From assembly GCF_009914755.1 (NCBI RefSeq), contig NC_060931.1: 64,000 nt of DNA, one strand, 5' to 3'. Below, piece after piece: positions 35,171 through 47,579 of this stretch. Position 1 is the first letter of the stretch; every line of letters begins with the position of its first letter. Source of the stretch: the human T2T-CHM13v2.0 reference genome, Homo sapiens. The notes beneath the pieces are model-generated. The model was not told the DNA's origin. It saw only the letters and a list, made by a program, of their open reading frames with translations, and did no database searches. The translations under genes were made by a program, and so were the position numbers.

Positions 35171-36342
35171 ATCAGAGAAGATGATTTTATCTTTTCACGG
35201 CTCTTCTCTGAGAAATGAAGCCACACTACAATACAGTCTGCAGGAGGAAGCTGGGAATCGGAGATGGCAACAATCCCTGTCATTGGAATGCTGGCCTCTC
35301 TGGACAAGCCACCCTTTTGGAACCCCTCCCCTTATACCCGTGGCGGTGGCACGATACTGTATCCTGCCTGGGCGCCGGCCTCTGCTCTGTCCTCCTTCTT
35401 GCTCTGTCCTCCCTCTGCGCTGTCTTCCCTCTTGCTCCTTCTGCTCTTTCCTCCCTCTTGCTCTGCCTCCCCTGTCCTAGATGCCTCTTGCTCTGGCCAC
35501 ATGTCTTCCCTGTCTGTGAGGGACTTCCCAGTCCTTGACTTCCCACTCTGTCAGGAAGACATTTCCTGGAGATCCCTGTTATGATTGTTTCTCTCTCCAA
35601 ACATGTTTCTGCTTGATTGGGCAGATCTAGTGACCGTGGAGCTCTTTGCTCCCATAAGTGTCTCAGACAGAAAAGCTTGCTTGTTCTCCATGTTTCCCTT
35701 CATGGGTGGGTGGATTGCCTAGAATGAGCTCTAGCCGACTTGGCCTTGCCTTGTCTTCTAGCACAGGTTGTGTCACATTTCCTCTGCACTTCCTGTCTCA
35801 TTCTTGAGGGACATCCTCTCCTCTGCTCCTGGGTGGACTGACTCCCTGGATCTTTTGGCTTTAACGAATGTCAGGGAACCAAGGGGACTGGGCTGGGTCT
35901 GGGGCTGGGGCTGGGACTGGGGCTTGTTGCAGCGGACGTTGTGTGAGGGCTACCTGGGCGATGGAGCTTTGGCAGTAGGGTGAATTTTGCAGAAACCTCT
36001 TTGCTCCTCTGGCAGGAATTTCAAAATTTGGCTCTGGTCAGTTACAAGCCCCCTCCTGGTTCCCAGCTTTTCTTTAATTTTTCATTGCTGTGATGGAAAT
36101 GTCACTTGTTCCCCCCTTCCACCGGGCACAGGCCTAGGCACCACCACTTTTTTCGGCTTTCCCTGTAGTTGTGGTTCACAGGATGGGGGCTGCTCCTGAG
36201 ATTCAGCACCACACAGGCACTGCACAGCACTGTGCCATGGTGGTGGCACTCACTTTCCAGATAGGGCCCATGTTGCCAGCAGGCATGATGCGTCATTTAC
36301 CCTACCCTGAGTGCAATAGGTGGTTTTATAGAAAAAAACTTG

Positions 36343-36708
<366 letters not shown>

Positions 36709-38589
36709 TTATTGTAGCCATTGGTCTGGCACTCATTCTGATGGGGTGACATGTGTCCCTGCCTTAGTCAGCAGAGCACAGGAGTGTGCTACACCTCCCC
36801 TCATCTGAAGATTCAGCCCATGAGCAGGAATGCCTGTCTTTGTGTCATACCAACACAGAGGATGTGTCTGGTTTCACCATTCACTGCAGAGGCAGAAATT
36901 ACCCAGAAAGAAGAGATAGTCTGTTCCTGGGAGTGTGTCCTTTTGACCCAGCATGGGGGTCATCTCCCTTCCTTGACAAAGACCCCCCCAACCTGAACAC
37001 AGAGGCAGAGAACATGTGAAGGGCTCCCATTCCCAGGTTGTCCAGGGTGCAAGCTCTGAGCCTGTGGTCCTGGTCACTGCCCTTTTCTCTACAGCATGGC
37101 TGCCACCATCCTGGGCTGGGGCACAGCGGGGCTTTGCAGAGATCAGCATAACAAAAGCATTACTGAGATGCTGCAATAGGAGACTGTGATACCTTCGTGG
37201 GCTGCCAAGGCAGCCTAAGCTATTTCTTGCTGCACTCAGTGTCCCCAGACAGCTGTGTGTCTGTCACTGCCTCTGGTGTGTCCACCTTACTTCTCTTCTC
37301 CTGCCTGAGCTCTGCTCTGAACTCTGTCTCTAACTTACAAGAAATCAAGCTCACTGGATTCTGAGCTCTTCGGGGTCAAGGACCGCGTCACTAGTTCACG
37401 TCTCTTTCTAGAGATCACAGCTGAGTATCCCGCACAGAGCAGATACTCAGTCAATGCCAAATGATTCATTTGCCAGAAAGCTGAATTTCATCCATAATGC
37501 TAGTCAATGCAAATACATTCTGCCAGTGGGGTGTGTTTGTCCTCTGAGGGCGTTTTCCCAGGCTTTGTAAATACATACAGGCCATTTAGAAATTTGAATG
37601 TCAAAGAGTAAAGGAGCTTAGAAAGTAAACATTGGAGAAGTGTGGGAGGGTGGTGTTATTTGCAAAACATTCCTGGGTCCTTGTGAGTTCTATACACCTT
37701 CGATGAGCACCGATTCTGGGCCAGGCCAGACACCCAGCTGGACCCAGGAGATACTGAGGTGAGTAAAGCCAAAATGCCTCCCTTCAGCAGGAGGCAGGCA
37801 GTCACACCAAAGTGATAAAGGCACAAAACCCAGAGGCAGCAGAGGAGCAAAGACTGCCTTGTTCCAGGACTCTGTGACCTCAGGGAGAGCTTTCAGAGGA
37901 GGACATCTGTGCAGGGCTTGGAAGGATGAACACAAATTTGCCTAGCAGAAAAGGGAGCCAAGGAAATCCTGATGGAGAACAGCTTGGGTGAGAGTGTGAG
38001 TCACAGGATTGAGGGGTGCAGGCATGGAACTGGAGGAGCAGAAAGAATGAGGGGGGATAAATTTGGGAGGTCAGCAGAAGTCAGTCACAGAAGGTTTTGA
38101 ATCCTGGTGAGGGAGCAGTGGGTGCTGCACGAGGGACATGGACCTGGAGGAGATGCAGTTAGCTCTGAGTGAAGACGGAGCATGCCATCCACTAGGGAAC
38201 CACAAGATGCAATAGAAATAAGAACCCTGAGAAGCCTGCACAAAGGATGAGGGGCCCAGGGGTAACCCCAAGAAGGTCCCTGTCAGAGGCCAGATTTGAA
38301 CGGAGACAGAAAAGACTCTTGAGGGCCTCAGCTGCTGCAAACCTCCTCAACAAATCATATTTTACCTTCAAATATTTGCTAAAGAATACTAACTATTGGA
38401 AGAGCAATGGTCCATTGATAATAATTATTCCCTCACTGTACATTTTTTACAATTCCCAAAATGCTCTGGGTCCACTGTCTCATTGGAACCCCCATAAAAT
38501 CCGATTTTACAAATAGGGAAATGAGGCCCTGTGATGTCACACTGAGGTTTGCAGCAGTTCCAGGATAGAAAATAGGGAGCACTTTCATC

Positions 38590-38974
38590 TCAGCCCTGGG
38601 TATAAGTCTCAAAGTTCCTTTTCTGGGAGGGGGTCCTTGAGGCCATCCAGCAGCCCATAGTCCAAATCTTCTTCCTCTTGGGCTTCTCCATACCTGTGTC
38701 CAAAGTCTCATCCTCCTTTGTTCTCAGGTACCACTACCAGTTGTTGGGCAGGGAGACCTCCTGCTGCTGCCCATCCTAGGGTGCATCCTCCAACATGGGT
38801 GCACCGTGGTTCAGCCAGCACCTACACCACCTGCAGCCCAGGGCTCCTGTGGTGGGCCTGAGGTTCCTCCCTATCAAAAGGAGATGTGCTCGGGTTGCTG
38901 CCTTTGCTGAAGCCCATGTCCAGGTCATCTTGGGGATGGCCAAGGGTACGGGGCCCTGGAGACAAGCCAGAGGG
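38590..38974 (-). pseudogene. BSNDP: BSND (barttin) pseudogene fragment: last coding exon with retained intron acceptor
   Basis: Minus strand reads PLACLQGPVPLA / QDDLDMGFSKGSNPSTSPFDREE / APMLEDAP*DGQQQEVSLPNNW*WYLRTK / EEEDLDYGLLDG..DPLPEKEL / YTQG*. Barttin as recalled reads [37 protein letters not shown]...[29 protein letters not shown]...EEEDLYYGLPDG..DLLPDKEL...DTQG*. Frameshifts and stops are present, and the exon is preceded by ttttgtccctgcag. Confidence 0.9.
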
Positions 38975-39019
38975 CTGCAGGGACAAAAACCAAGAGGATG
39001 AGGGGATCTCTGAGTCAGA

Positions 39020-39215
39020 CCACCTGGATCCACATCCCAGAGACTAGCTGCAAGGCCTGGGGAAGACTGGTTCACCTCTCTGGGGGTCAGTTTCCTCCCC
39101 TGTAAAGTGGGAGGTATAACAGATTCACTCCTACAGTTGTCTCTGAGCTTTACAGCAGGTAATGTGTGCAAAGTACTTCGCACAATGCCTGGCACATGGT
39201 AGCTCATAATAAACA
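39020..39215 (+). mobile_element. MIR
   Basis: tcagtttcctcccctgtaaagtggg...gcacaatgcctggcacatggtagctc. Confidence 0.75.
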
Positions 39216-39545
39216 GGGTTACTATGATATCATCATCTGAGCTAGGTCACTCATGTACTTCTCCAATGCTTCAGGGTTCCCCTCCATCCCTCACAGGGTA
39301 GCAGCAAGTGAAAGGGATGCCCCTGGTCTTGAGGAGCTCACATCTCATTTCCCAGGGGTCTCCATCCAGTGCCCACACATGCCTGGCATGCAGTAAGAGC
39401 CTCATCCACATCTGGTGAAAGAGTAGAAAGCAGGTCATTGTCATGTATTTTTTGGCACAGAATCTGAAGTAGGGGACAGAGAAGTGAGTGACTGTAGTTG
39501 TGCCCACCAGTTCCTGTCCCTGAACTTTCAGGTATCAAGAGGCCT

Positions 39546-39609
39546 TATACATATGTAACCAACCTGCACATTGTGCACATGTACCCTAAAACTTAAAGTA
39601 TAATAATAA

Positions 39610-39648
<39 letters not shown>

Positions 39649-39650
39649 AA
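39546..39650 (+). mobile_element. Ultra-short 5'-truncated young L1PA insertion with (TAAA)n tail and TSD aagaggcctta
   Basis: tatacatatgtaaccaacctgcacattgtgcacatgtaccctaaaacttaaagtataat is an L1PA 3' end; TSD at 39537-39547 and 39649-39659. Confidence 0.93.
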
Positions 39651-39854
39651 GAGGCCTTAGCAAGTCTAGTACCAGGGAGTGGGCACTGTGTGGTGGAGCA
39701 GGAGGCAGGTCCTAAGAAAGGCAGTGGGGTGAGGAGAGGAGCTCTGCCTTTGAGGTCTGGGAGATCCTCCACCAGGACCTCACCAAAGGCCCCAGGCAGG
39801 TCATGCCCCTTCCCAGAATCTCTCTATGCTCTTCTGTATAATGGGGCTAGCCTG

Positions 39855-40345
39855 GAAGAGACACTTGCACAACCATGTTCAGAGCAGCATCATCCACAAT
39901 AACCAAAAGGTGGAAACAACCCAAGTGTCCATGGATGGACGGACGGATCAACAAAATGCTGTCTCTGCATACAGTGGAATAGTGTTCAGCCTTGAAAAGG
40001 AAGGAGATTCTGACACCTGCTGCATCAAGAATGAACCTTGAGGACATTAGGCTGAGCAAAATAAGCCAGACCAAAAAGACAAATGCTGTATTATTCCACT
40101 TTTCCAAGGCACCTAGAGTAGTCAAATCCATAGAGACAGACAGGAGAATGGTGGCTACCAGGTCCTGGGGAGGGTGGGGATTGGGGAGTTGTTTTTAAAT
40201 GAGTTACAGAATGGTAGTGTTACAAGATGAAAAGCATTCTGGAAATTGATTGCACAACATTGTGAATGTATTTAATGCCACCGAAATGTAAACTTAAACA
40301 TAGTTAGACAGTAAATTTTAGTTAATTTTACCACAATTTTTAAAA
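39855..40345 (+). mobile_element. L1MB-type 3' end inserted in a MIR
   Basis: ggtggaaacaacccaagtgtccat...atgaaccttgaggacattaggct...gtcaaatccatagagacaga. Confidence 0.85.
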
Positions 40346-40841
40346 TGGGGTAGTTATGCCTGTCTCCTTGTGTTGCTGTAGGATTTCATGAGATAACATA
40401 TAAGGAACCACCCAGCATGTTGCCTGGCACATAGTAACTGCTCAATAAATCACAACTGGATGCTATTGAAGATAAAGTTACCTGACTTCTCTGAGGCTTG
40501 CTCTCTTCAGCTGAAAATTCTCCCAGAATATATTAGATAAGACCCTACTGTATTATACTGGGTTCATAAATAGCACTCCCCATTTTCCCTTCCCACAGAG
40601 TGCAGTGAATAGAAGACACTTCTCTGCACCCCAAAAGCTCCATGCTGATTGCGAGAAGGAAATGCTGGATGGAGGGGTTCCTGGAACTACTGTGAGGGGT
40701 GAGCTTTCCCCAGATGTCTAGAAATGAGGCAGGGGCCCGACATCTTCCACCCCCACTAAGGTTGCCTTGCAGTTCCCAGCTGGCTCTATACTTCCTAGAA
40801 ACTTCCACTTTTCTGCCTCCATTACCTCATAGCCCAGTCAG

Positions 40842-41365
40842 CACCATCATCATCATCACCATGATCGCCATCACCATCCTTACAATCACCAACACTATCA
40901 TCATCGCCATCACCATTCTTACCTCCGCCATTCTCACCCCCGCCATTCTCACCATCATCGACACCAGCATCTTCTCCATAACTATCACTATCGTTATCAC
41001 CACCTTCACCATCACCATCCTCACCATAATAATGATTGTCACCCTCCCCATCCTCATAATCATCATCATTATCATCATTACCATCATTATCATCATCACT
41101 ATCACCATTCTCACCATCATCATCCTCATCATCATCACCATTATCCTCACCATAACTATCACTATTATCATCACCACCTTCACCATCACCATCCTTATGA
41201 TCACCATCACAATCACCACCATCACCATTCTCACTATCACCATGTTCACCTTTACCATTCTCATCATCATCATCACCTTCATCATCCTCAACATAACTAT
41301 CACTTCATTATCACCACCTCCACCTTCACCGTCACCATCCTCACCATCATCATCACCACCATCAC
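40842..41365. repeat. (CAC/CAT)n low-complexity trinucleotide tract, copy A
   Basis: Seen directly. Confidence 0.95.
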
Positions 41366-42529
41366 ATTGATCCTTGCTACATGGAACCATGCATTCTGGG
41401 TAGGAGGGCTCTTGGGTCAGGGCATCTAACACATCTTGGGGGATAGAAACCCAGCCCCTCAGGGTCTCACAGTTGGTGAAGTAACTGATTCTTGTGAGGT
41501 CATGTTCCTCTGGGTGATGTGGGATGTCACAAGACCAATAAATCTGGGCTGAAGCCCATCGCATCACTCATTTTTTTTGTAAAATAAGCTCCATCATCAG
41601 TAGTAATTGTATGACAGCAGAGAATAAGAACTCAGCAAATGTAAATAATTTGATGCTATGAGAAGCATATGAAGTGGAGTCCATATTCCGATATGCATCT
41701 ATTCCAGTGAGGGCAATTCTTTACCACTTCCATGAAGGAAGGGAAAAAATATTATTACAACATTACCAGAAATCTGTCTGGTCTAGGCAAGGTAGTTCCT
41801 CTTTCCAGGGTCTCAGCATTGCTTATTGTCGGCAGTCAGGGCACTCATCTGGGCAGTAGGCAGCACTGCTGCAGGGAAGTTCATATTATTGGAAACATGC
41901 AGCATCTTCTCCTGCTACCATCACCACATTGTCCATGAACGCAATGGGCAAACAATGAGGAATCTGGGAAAAGTTCTCATAACCAGAACATAATCATCCA
42001 TGTCAGGATATCAGCATTCACCCAACACTACTGTCCAATCAACAGATGTTATAATCTCATCCAAATTTTCTCAGTGGCGCCCTAAATACATTTTTTTTGA
42101 ACTTTGTAATCCAGGATCCAATCCAGGATTTCCCATTGCATTAATTGTCATGTCTCTTAAGCTCCTTCAACTTCAAACAGTTCCTCTCTTTTGCCCTATT
42201 TTTCATAACCTTAAGAGTTTTAAAGATCATAAGCATTTATGAAGGATGTGTTCACCTTTTTCCATCTGATGGGTTTCCATATCCAGACTTAGGTCATGTA
42301 TCTTTCACAAGAAAACCACAGAAATAATGCTGTGGTCTTCCTAGGACATCACAGCAGGAGGCATATGATCAAGTTTGTGCCAGATTTCTCCACCACAAAG
42401 TCATCATTCTTCCAATTGTAATTGAGAAGTATTTCATGTGAAGATATTAATTACACATACACATGAATGTATATTTATATGTAAAATACATACAAAATAT
42501 TATGTCAATGTCTAACCAATATAAAAGTT

Positions 42530-42680
42530 ATTAATTAGATATGTTTAATTTTATTTCCTACTAAGTCTTCAAAATCTGGTGTGTGTTTTCCCCTGACAGC
42601 ACATCTCAATCCAGCCTAGCCACATTTCAAATGCTCAATATTCACATGGCTGTGGCTACCATATTTGTCAGGGCAGCACT
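42530..42680. mobile_element. MER3/MER33-like hAT remnant
   Basis: ctaagtcttcaaaatctggtgtg...acagcacatctcaat...ctagccacatttcaaatgctcaat. Confidence 0.65.
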
Positions 42681-43929
42681 AAAGCACTAAAGAACTTCTT
42701 CCTTGGAGAAGTTCTAAGCTTTCAAAATGTTTGGCAAATACATTTTATAAAATTCTTCAGAATCCATAAATAGGCAATTACACATTTAGTAAGCCATAGA
42801 ATCCAACATGACATTAAAAATGAATCCCTCGACAAAAAAGAAGGTAGGCAAAATGTTCTTCACACCAAATGGACAAATCAATTATGATTACCTAGCATGC
42901 CCATTATTATTTTTTAACATCCTTCATTAATACCCCCAAACCCCATCAACAGGTAAATGAATAAATGCATTGAGGCCTATCTGAACAATGTCCCGATTCC
43001 TTACCATTCTTACTTCTTTTGCAAGCAGAAAAGACTCAGTATTAGCAAAGACTATTCGGATAATTTGTTCTTATGCCAGTAGTTGTAATTTCCTGGAGGT
43101 CTATGTGATATCACTTATGTACTTCAGTACCTCTCACAAGTACTTTTCCTGTTTGGCCATTTTCTGCAGTATATCCATGCTCTCATTTTCTCTATTCTTT
43201 TATTTCTATCCTACACTTTTCTTTCATCCTATAATTCTTTATCCTAAAAATATTAATTTAAGGATAACATCACAAAATAGTATATTTCTTCAGATGATAC
43301 TCCAAATTGATACCTAATACACAGAAATGACTATCATGGACATAACCCACAACATGTGAAATGTATGGCTCATCCTACTGACATTATAAAGGAAAGTTAA
43401 TGACAACTGAATTTCTAGTCATTTTCCACCCAACCAGTTGCTTATAAACTGGCAAGGAATTGTAGGTATGTACACAGTGGCTATTTTTTGGTGGGGTGTT
43501 CAGCAACCCTCCTCTTGAGAGCCCCCCTTTTCTTTGAGGACCATTTCAATGGGCACCAACTAGGCCTGACCCAACCTACCAGCCCCAGCCCTAGAGGTGA
43601 TCATGATGCCCAGCTCTGGCAAAAGACTCTACCCTTGGATCATAGCAACTGTTTCAGTACTTTTTTTTTGGAATCATCAGGAAGGACTCTTGCTTTTTCT
43701 ACCACTGTGGTCTGCGAGGACAAAGTAAAGTGGGTTATTTGTAGCACTATCTCTTGCTACAGAGAGAGAAGAGAGTCACCTTCAGAAGGAAAAAATGAGG
43801 CTAAAACAAAAGGAAAAGTGTCAAGAGAAAGAAGGAGAACATTTCTTGATGATCTTATATAAGCCCCTGGGTCCACCTATGCATGACAGTGACTTGGGTT
43901 AAAGCTCTGTCACTTATAGGACCATTAAC

Positions 43930-44975
43930 TTAAATATAAAATAAAGTATTAAAAGCTATGAACTTTTAGATGAAAATAAAGAAAAAAAAACTTCATAATA
44001 TTCAATTAATCAAAAATATCTTAGATGAAGCCCCAGAAACCAAATGCATGAGAACAATTAATAAATTGGACCCCATCAAAATTAAGAGCATCTGCTAATT
44101 GAAAGATAGTGTTATGAGAACAAAAAAGAAAAGTCAAGGGGACAATACTGGCAAGTCTCATATCTAATAAGGGATTTGAATCCAGAGTATATAAAGAAAC
44201 TATTAAAATTTAATAATGAGAAAAAAAGCAAAGAAAAAAAACAAAAAAAGAAGCCAAAAAAAAAGTGAACATACACTTTACCAAATATATACAGATGGCA
44301 TGTAAGTACATAGATACTAAATGTTATTAGGCATTATGGAACCACAATAAAATACTATTGTACACACATGAAAATGTCTAAACTTTTAAAAGAAGGCCCA
44401 TACAAAGTGTTGGCAAGAGTGTGGAATTCTTATATACTGCTGATAAAAATATAAAATGGTACAACCATTTTAGCAAACATTTTGACAGTCTCTTAAAACT
44501 AAACCTAAACCTATTAGCTATTGCACTCCTAATATTTACTCAAAGTTATAGGAACTTATGTACATGAATGTTCATTGCAAATGTATTTGTATAAGTCCAA
44601 AACCGGAAGCAATGCAAAAACCCATCAACAGGCAAATGGATATGTAAGTTGTGACCGATCTGCACAATAGAATACTACTTAGTAATAAAATTAATGACCT
44701 ATTGATGCCTGCAATATAGCTGAATCTCAAAATAATTATGCTGTGTGAAAGATGCCAGACCCCTCCAAAAAAGGGTGCATACTACATTTCAATTATATAA
44801 ATGTCTAGACAAGGCAAACTATTTTATAGTGACAGATTGGTGATTGCCAGGGAGAGTGGTAAGGTAGGAAGATACAGAAAGTTTGGGATTATAAAAGGGC
44901 AAGGGGAAACTTTTATGAGTGCTAGATATGTTCATTATTTTTATTTTGGTGATGGATTTGCAAGTACACATAAAA
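43930..44975 (+). mobile_element. Old L1 (L1MD/ME) 3' region
   Basis: taaattggaccccatcaaaattaa, tatctaataagggatttgaatccagagtatataaaga, aaaatggtacaaccattt, gaatctcaaaataattatgctg. Confidence 0.75.
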
Positions 44976-47452
44976 AATAACACGCGATGGAAGTAGAAAC
45001 AGTATTTTTGTTTCTTTCTTAAAAAAGCACAATTTACTTACTAATGGGATGTTTGTGCCTGTTGGGCACACAGCACAACTTTTCAAATCTTAAAATCGGA
45101 CTGGATCTCAACCACTGGACCTTATTCCTATTCCACACTGACTTTAGCACAATACTTGCTTTCATCGCGGTGATTAACAACACCCACCTTAAAGGTAAAG
45201 AAATGCACTTCTAACTAACTACTTTTGAAACTATGAACTGCTTCAGGCTAGTAGTTCTTAAGGTTTCCAGCAAATGTTGCTTTGTTTCCCTCAAAAATTT
45301 ACAGCCTGGGCAACATGGCAAAACCCCATCTCTACTAAAATTACAAAACTTAGCCAGGCGTGGTGGTGCATGCCTGTTGTCCCAGCTACTCAGGGAGGCA
45401 GAGGCTGCAGTGAGCCTAGACCTCACACTCCAGCCAGGGGGACAGAGTGAGACCCCCATCTCAAATACACACACACACATACACATACTCACACACTATC
45501 CGCTGGTGCCCCGGTCAGTTAAACACAGCATCTCAGGGCACCTTAGCACACAGTGTGAGCACCATGGTCCTAAACCCTTCAATTAAAAGTGAAACATCTC
45601 TGGCTGGATTTTTAGAATATTTAGTTTTTAATGTTTTATATTATATTTATTTTTTATGTTTATTTAATTTATCTGAATACAAGAATCCAGACATTTGGAA
45701 GTAAAACAATGGAAAACATGCCTGCAAACACTAATCAGCACAAAGCTCATGTTGCTTTGTTATTATTGAAAGTTTAGTCTTACGCCAAGAAATATAGCTA
45801 AGATAAAAAAGATTTTACAATGTCGGTCACTAGAAAAGTATGCCAATTTTAAATATGTATAAATATAAAATATCCCTTCAAATTATTTACTACAGAAACT
45901 GATATAACTAAAAGATAAATGGTCTAATCTACAATATAGATTTTAACATACCTTTCAATTACCGATGGAACCAACAGAAGAAAAACCATAAGAGAAAGGG
46001 AAATTTGATGAACACAATGAAGAAACTTGACATAAACTGACATATACAGAACATGACACTCAACAACTACTGAATACACATCCTTTTCCAGTGCATGTAT
46101 CATATTTACCAACATAGATTATATGTTGGAATTTAAAGGGACTCATCACAGAGTGTTCAGTCATGGGATTTTGCCTAAACTTGTCTGGCCTTCAACAGGG
46201 TTCAAATACAGTTAAATTCTTATTTCATCTAAAGAGTCCTATCTTTTTATTTGGAAATTTTACCGCAACAATCTAAATTTGCATAACAACTGAACCCAGC
46301 CCTTGGAACTTGAAGTTTATTCTAGCCAAAGGCAGATTAAACTGTCTAAGTAGTAATGTCCTTCAAATTGTTGTCCCCTGCTCCAGTAATGGAGCATAGC
46401 TCCAAGAAGCTAACAGACTATTTGTCCTTCATAGTATACATTCTATGTTACATCAAAACACGGTATAAAGCCTTGAAATCAGCAGCAGAGAGAAAATGAG
46501 ATCAACAACCATCTAGCTGTGACCTCACTACTTAGTAATTACGCTTTTAGCTGACTCCTTTACTTGATTCCTAACTGCTTATTTCTGGCAAGGGAGCACT
46601 AATCCCTGACCAAGCTGACCTTTTAAGAAGTGAGCAGAATGAAAAAGCTCTACCACCAGTGATCAGTTTAACAAGCTGCAACACTAGTCACTGGCTGCAA
46701 CTCTAGTCACTGGCTGCAACTCATATTGTGGGTTTTAAGAGCTCAGAATTAACATGGAAATACTATTGACTCCAAAAGAAACCCAGAAATCTCTGGGAAT
46801 CCAGCAAAGATAAAAAGGTTCCTCTCAACAGTCACCACTCACACTTTGCTTTGTTTTGGTAACTATTTTATTACATATGGAGAATATCAAAAAAGTATGC
46901 CTTTTCCTCATTGTTAATGCTAACCCTAAAACGGTAAGGCTCTTGCAGGTTGAAACCCCCAGGCTCTCACTGGCCCTTCAACAGAAGGCAGTGAAGTCAC
47001 CTGCAAGAGTGATCACCCAAAAGCTTCCAGGCTGGACAAGTTGGGACTCAGTTCTTGCAGTTCCCAAATTCACAGTTCTCTTGGGACATGGTTATTTATG
47101 AAGCTCCTGAAGATGAGAAATTCCACCCAGGAAACTATGTTTATAAAAGATTATTCACATCTAATTATCTCAGGAGACATTAACACAGCAATGTTGAAAA
47201 TTTTCCATTAATTGTTAATCCATGGAGAAAAACTGAACAATTATTTTTTAAAATATGAAAAACTTCATATGATACAAATTATACTCCCACATGTGATTCA
47301 ATTTCTATTCATTAATGCCGGAGAAGTTAATAATTACGAATTGTCAGTGGTAAAAAAAAATAAATCATTCATCATTGGAGAAGGCAGAAGGTTTAAAAGA
47401 GATAAGAATTGGTTTTTGGCTTTGGGGTGTTTTATGCTTTCCGAAAGGTTTT

Positions 47453-47456
<4 letters not shown>

Positions 47457-47483
<27 letters not shown>
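47457..47483. repeat. Poly(T)27 tract
   Basis: Seen directly; the context is ttttgctc-T27-gctc. Confidence 0.95.
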
Positions 47484-47579
47484 GCTCATGGCTTTCTCTC
47501 TGTGTCTCTCTTTCTTTCTGATTTCAGTTTCTTTTGATTTCTCCTGCTTAGAAATGGTAACAGAACTTTGGATGTGGAA

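Larger units (their letters stand above)
29876..36140 (+). repeat. SST1 (MER22/NBL2) macrosatellite, about 2.6 units of ~2.4 kb
   Basis: Anchor ctcaggg(c/g)ttg(c/g)ctgg recurs at 29880, 32281 and 34663 (periods 2401 and 2382 bp); GT-rich segment and CpG-rich segment in each unit; translations resemble SST1-derived FAM27 predicted proteins as recalled. Confidence 0.85.

Noticed and set aside
40699-41567. 223-aa Ile/Thr-rich and 246-aa Met/Val-rich ORFs, and similar His-rich ORFs at 60.7-61.2 kb
   Set aside because: They are translations of CAC/CAT triplet tracts, which lack stops in several frames by composition
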